A DNA stretch of 63,905 nucleotides, counting the filler, from Chiloscyllium plagiosum (taxonomy: Eukaryota), in assembly GCF_004010195.1 (NCBI RefSeq). It is 6 parts of one record of this genome, joined end to end, with 100 filler letters (N's around TTAATTAATTAA, not from the genome) between each part and the next. Parts side by side here need not be neighbours in the genome. Positions count along the whole stretch, not along the records: positions 60,698 to 63,905 come from NC_057716.1; 5 more parts are not named here. One strand, given 5' to 3'. The translations under genes were made by a program, and so were the position numbers. A model generated the notes under the pieces. The model was not told where the DNA came from and did no database searches. It saw nothing but the letters and a program-made list of their open reading frames with translations. The first letter of the stretch is position 1. The number at the start of each line of letters is the position of its first letter. This document shows positions 61,758 to 63,905 of the stretch, in pieces.

Positions 61758-62769
61758 ACCAACTCACCTGTGCCAGTTTTTCCCTAGTAACCAGTAAGTC
61801 ACCCATTTTCCAATGGATTAGCTTCCATGCAAAGCCTGTTCAGAGCATTGTTAAGATCCCTATATTATACAGAACTGTCACTCCTTAGCTAATTAGTACC
61901 TCATTTACATAAGGTATGTCAGGTGCTTGAATGATGTCTGCTACTGTTTTGCAGCTGCCTTTTGAATTAGACTACTCTAACTTAACCATTTTTATCTGAT
62001 TCTGACTTTAAAATTGAACTTAAAAATGATCCCAAAATAGAAATCGCTAAAGAAATTCAACTGATCTGGCAGCATCTGTGAAGAAAGGTCACTGCACTCC
62101 AAATGTAAGCTGTGCTCTCGCTCCACAAATGCACAATTTCTAATTTTGTTTCAGATTCCCAGCATTATTTAGAAAAGATGTATGAGTTGAGTTCCCACTT
62201 TGAAACTAAATTCCTGGATTTACTCAGTTGTGGGATGTGGGTGTTGCTGAATGGCCAGCATTATTACCCGTCCCTAGTTGCCCTTGAGAAGGCGAACGTG
62301 AGCTGTCTTCATGAACCGTTGCAGTCCATGTGCTGTGGTTTGACCCACAATGCCATTAGGGAGAGAGTTCCTGGATTGGCGTTTTTATCATTCAGTTGAA
62401 GTCTCACACTGATCGTGCTCCTTAGTATTGAGAATGAACCATTCATGTATTGGCCACTAAGTCAGATTAATTGTGACCTGTTGCACCGCACTCTCATTAT
62501 TAAAACTGCGAAAGACTTCTCACCCTTTTGTGCAATGCGTTCTCTCTCTTGTGTTTGGCAGGCACCAGTGACATCCAAAAAACAACTTCCCAGAAGAGAC
62601 TGACCCCTCCAGCCCCCAGCTCCTTTTACACCTCTAAGATAGCATCTGCAGATACCTCACAGTAAGTACACTGCACCAATAAGATGCTGACAACTCAGTG
62701 GGTCATTTCTCTCGATTAGACTGGCGCTCGCATTCTGGTGAGCACACACCACTGCCAGGAATCCACAGG

Positions 62770-63090
62770 GTGACATGGTGGCTCAGTGATAAGCACTGCT
62801 GCCTCACAGTGTAAGGGACCCAGGTTCGATTCCACCATCAGGCATATGTATGTGTGGAGCATGCACTTTCTCCCCGTGCCTGCATGGTCCCGTTTCTGCC
62901 CACAGTCCAAAGATATGCAGTTTAGGTAGGTTGACTATGCAAAATTATCCATTGGGTCTAGGGATGTGCAGGTTCAGTGAATTAGCCTCGGTAAATGTAG
63001 GGTTATGGCGGAGGGGGGCACGTATGGTGGGATGATATTTGGAGGGTCGGTGTGGACGTGATGGGCCTGCCTCTATAATATAGGGATTAT
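62770..63090 (+). mobile_element. HE1-type SINE (diverged)
   Basis: GGTGGCTCAGTG...GGTTCGATTCC head and V-domain. Confidence 0.85.
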
Positions 63091-63642
63091 ATGAGCTGCT
63101 GGAGAAAGAAATTCCTGAGGTCGTTAGCACTCAGAGAATGGGCATTTATTCAGAGCCGTGCAGGAGAGGGTTCTGTGGTGTCTGCCATTAATAACATCAA
63201 TAACATTGCACCATCAGGCACAGGAGCAGCAAGCAGATTTTTCAGACACTTGGGGAAACCTATTGCCGGTTTCAGGAGTTCACCTCTTATCTGGAATGCG
63301 TGCATTGGGTTGTCTACATGGACATGTTGGATGTTGCCATGAGGACCCAGGCACAGCAGAAAATGCATGGATGTCAGGAGATGCCTGTACTCCATCTCTG
63401 GAGCTGTTGGTGGTCTGCCTCAATGGGAGGGCTACAGAGGGCCCTTGACATTATTCCACGTGCCCCTTCCTTACAAGGAGACAGAGTGGCACAAAGTTGG
63501 CATCCACGTAGATCAGGAACCACATACAAACAAAACTCACACCTCCTACCCCCCCCCTACCAAAATCTCCTCTCAAGATACTCCAGAGATGCCCTGGCCC
63601 TCGACCTCACTCTGTCTGTAAGCCTCAACCCTGTGGGATCTC

Positions 63643-63905
63643 AGCTGAAAATGTGTTGCTGGAAAAGCGCAGCAGGTCAGGCAGCATCCAGGGAACAGGA
63701 GAATCGACGTTTCGGGCATAAGCCAAACTTCAGGAATGAGGAAAATTTGTCCAGCAGGCTAAGATAAAAGGTAGGGAGGAGGGACTGGGGGATGGGCGTT
63801 GGAAATGCGATAGGTGGGAAGAGGTCAAGGGGAGGGTGATAGGTCAGACTGGGGTGGGGGCGGAGAGGTCGGGAAGAAGATTGCAGGTTAGGAAGGCGGT
63901 GCTGA
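63643..63905 (-). mobile_element. Penelope family-1 terminal repeat running off the window
   Basis: Matches 44284-44540. Confidence 0.88.

Noticed and set aside
1..63905. CRISPR array, prokaryotic operon or endogenous viral gene
   Set aside because: No regularly spaced repeat-spacer array and no non-retroelement viral or bacterial motifs seen; the content is vertebrate repeat-rich DNA.

Overview
Vertebrate, very probably elasmobranch (shark) genomic DNA, judged by HE1-type V-SINEs, HER1/CR1 LINEs and SacSINE1/Deu-type SINEs; the species cannot be fixed from sequence alone. Most of the window is nested transposon sequence: several CR1 families, Penelope-like elements (Neptune- and Poseidon-type), a decayed Gypsy pol, solo-LTR candidates, SINEs and two pieces of a young Tx1-clade LINE. 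I recognise no host protein-coding exon. Host features are one intact tRNA-Cys(GCA) gene (6714-6785, minus) and a CpG-undepleted promoter-like island (~55740-56400) with an apparent non-coding exon/intron structure. Main observations: (1) the Tx1 LINE at 7572 starts with a diverged copy of U2 snRNA nt 12-42 (Keno-like) but is not inside a U2 gene; (2) at least three families of minimal hammerhead ribozymes lie in Penelope terminal repeats; (3) many Penelope insertions are head-to-head fold-back units inside one target-site duplication (TSD), so both strands carry a ribozyme motif; (4) there are local templated insertions or template-switch scars. Six N-gaps are present; five carry an artificial TTAATTAATTAA spacer, so adjacency across them is unverified. 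Repeat boundaries are by eye and approximate, and family names rest on remembered consensus motifs, not database searches.
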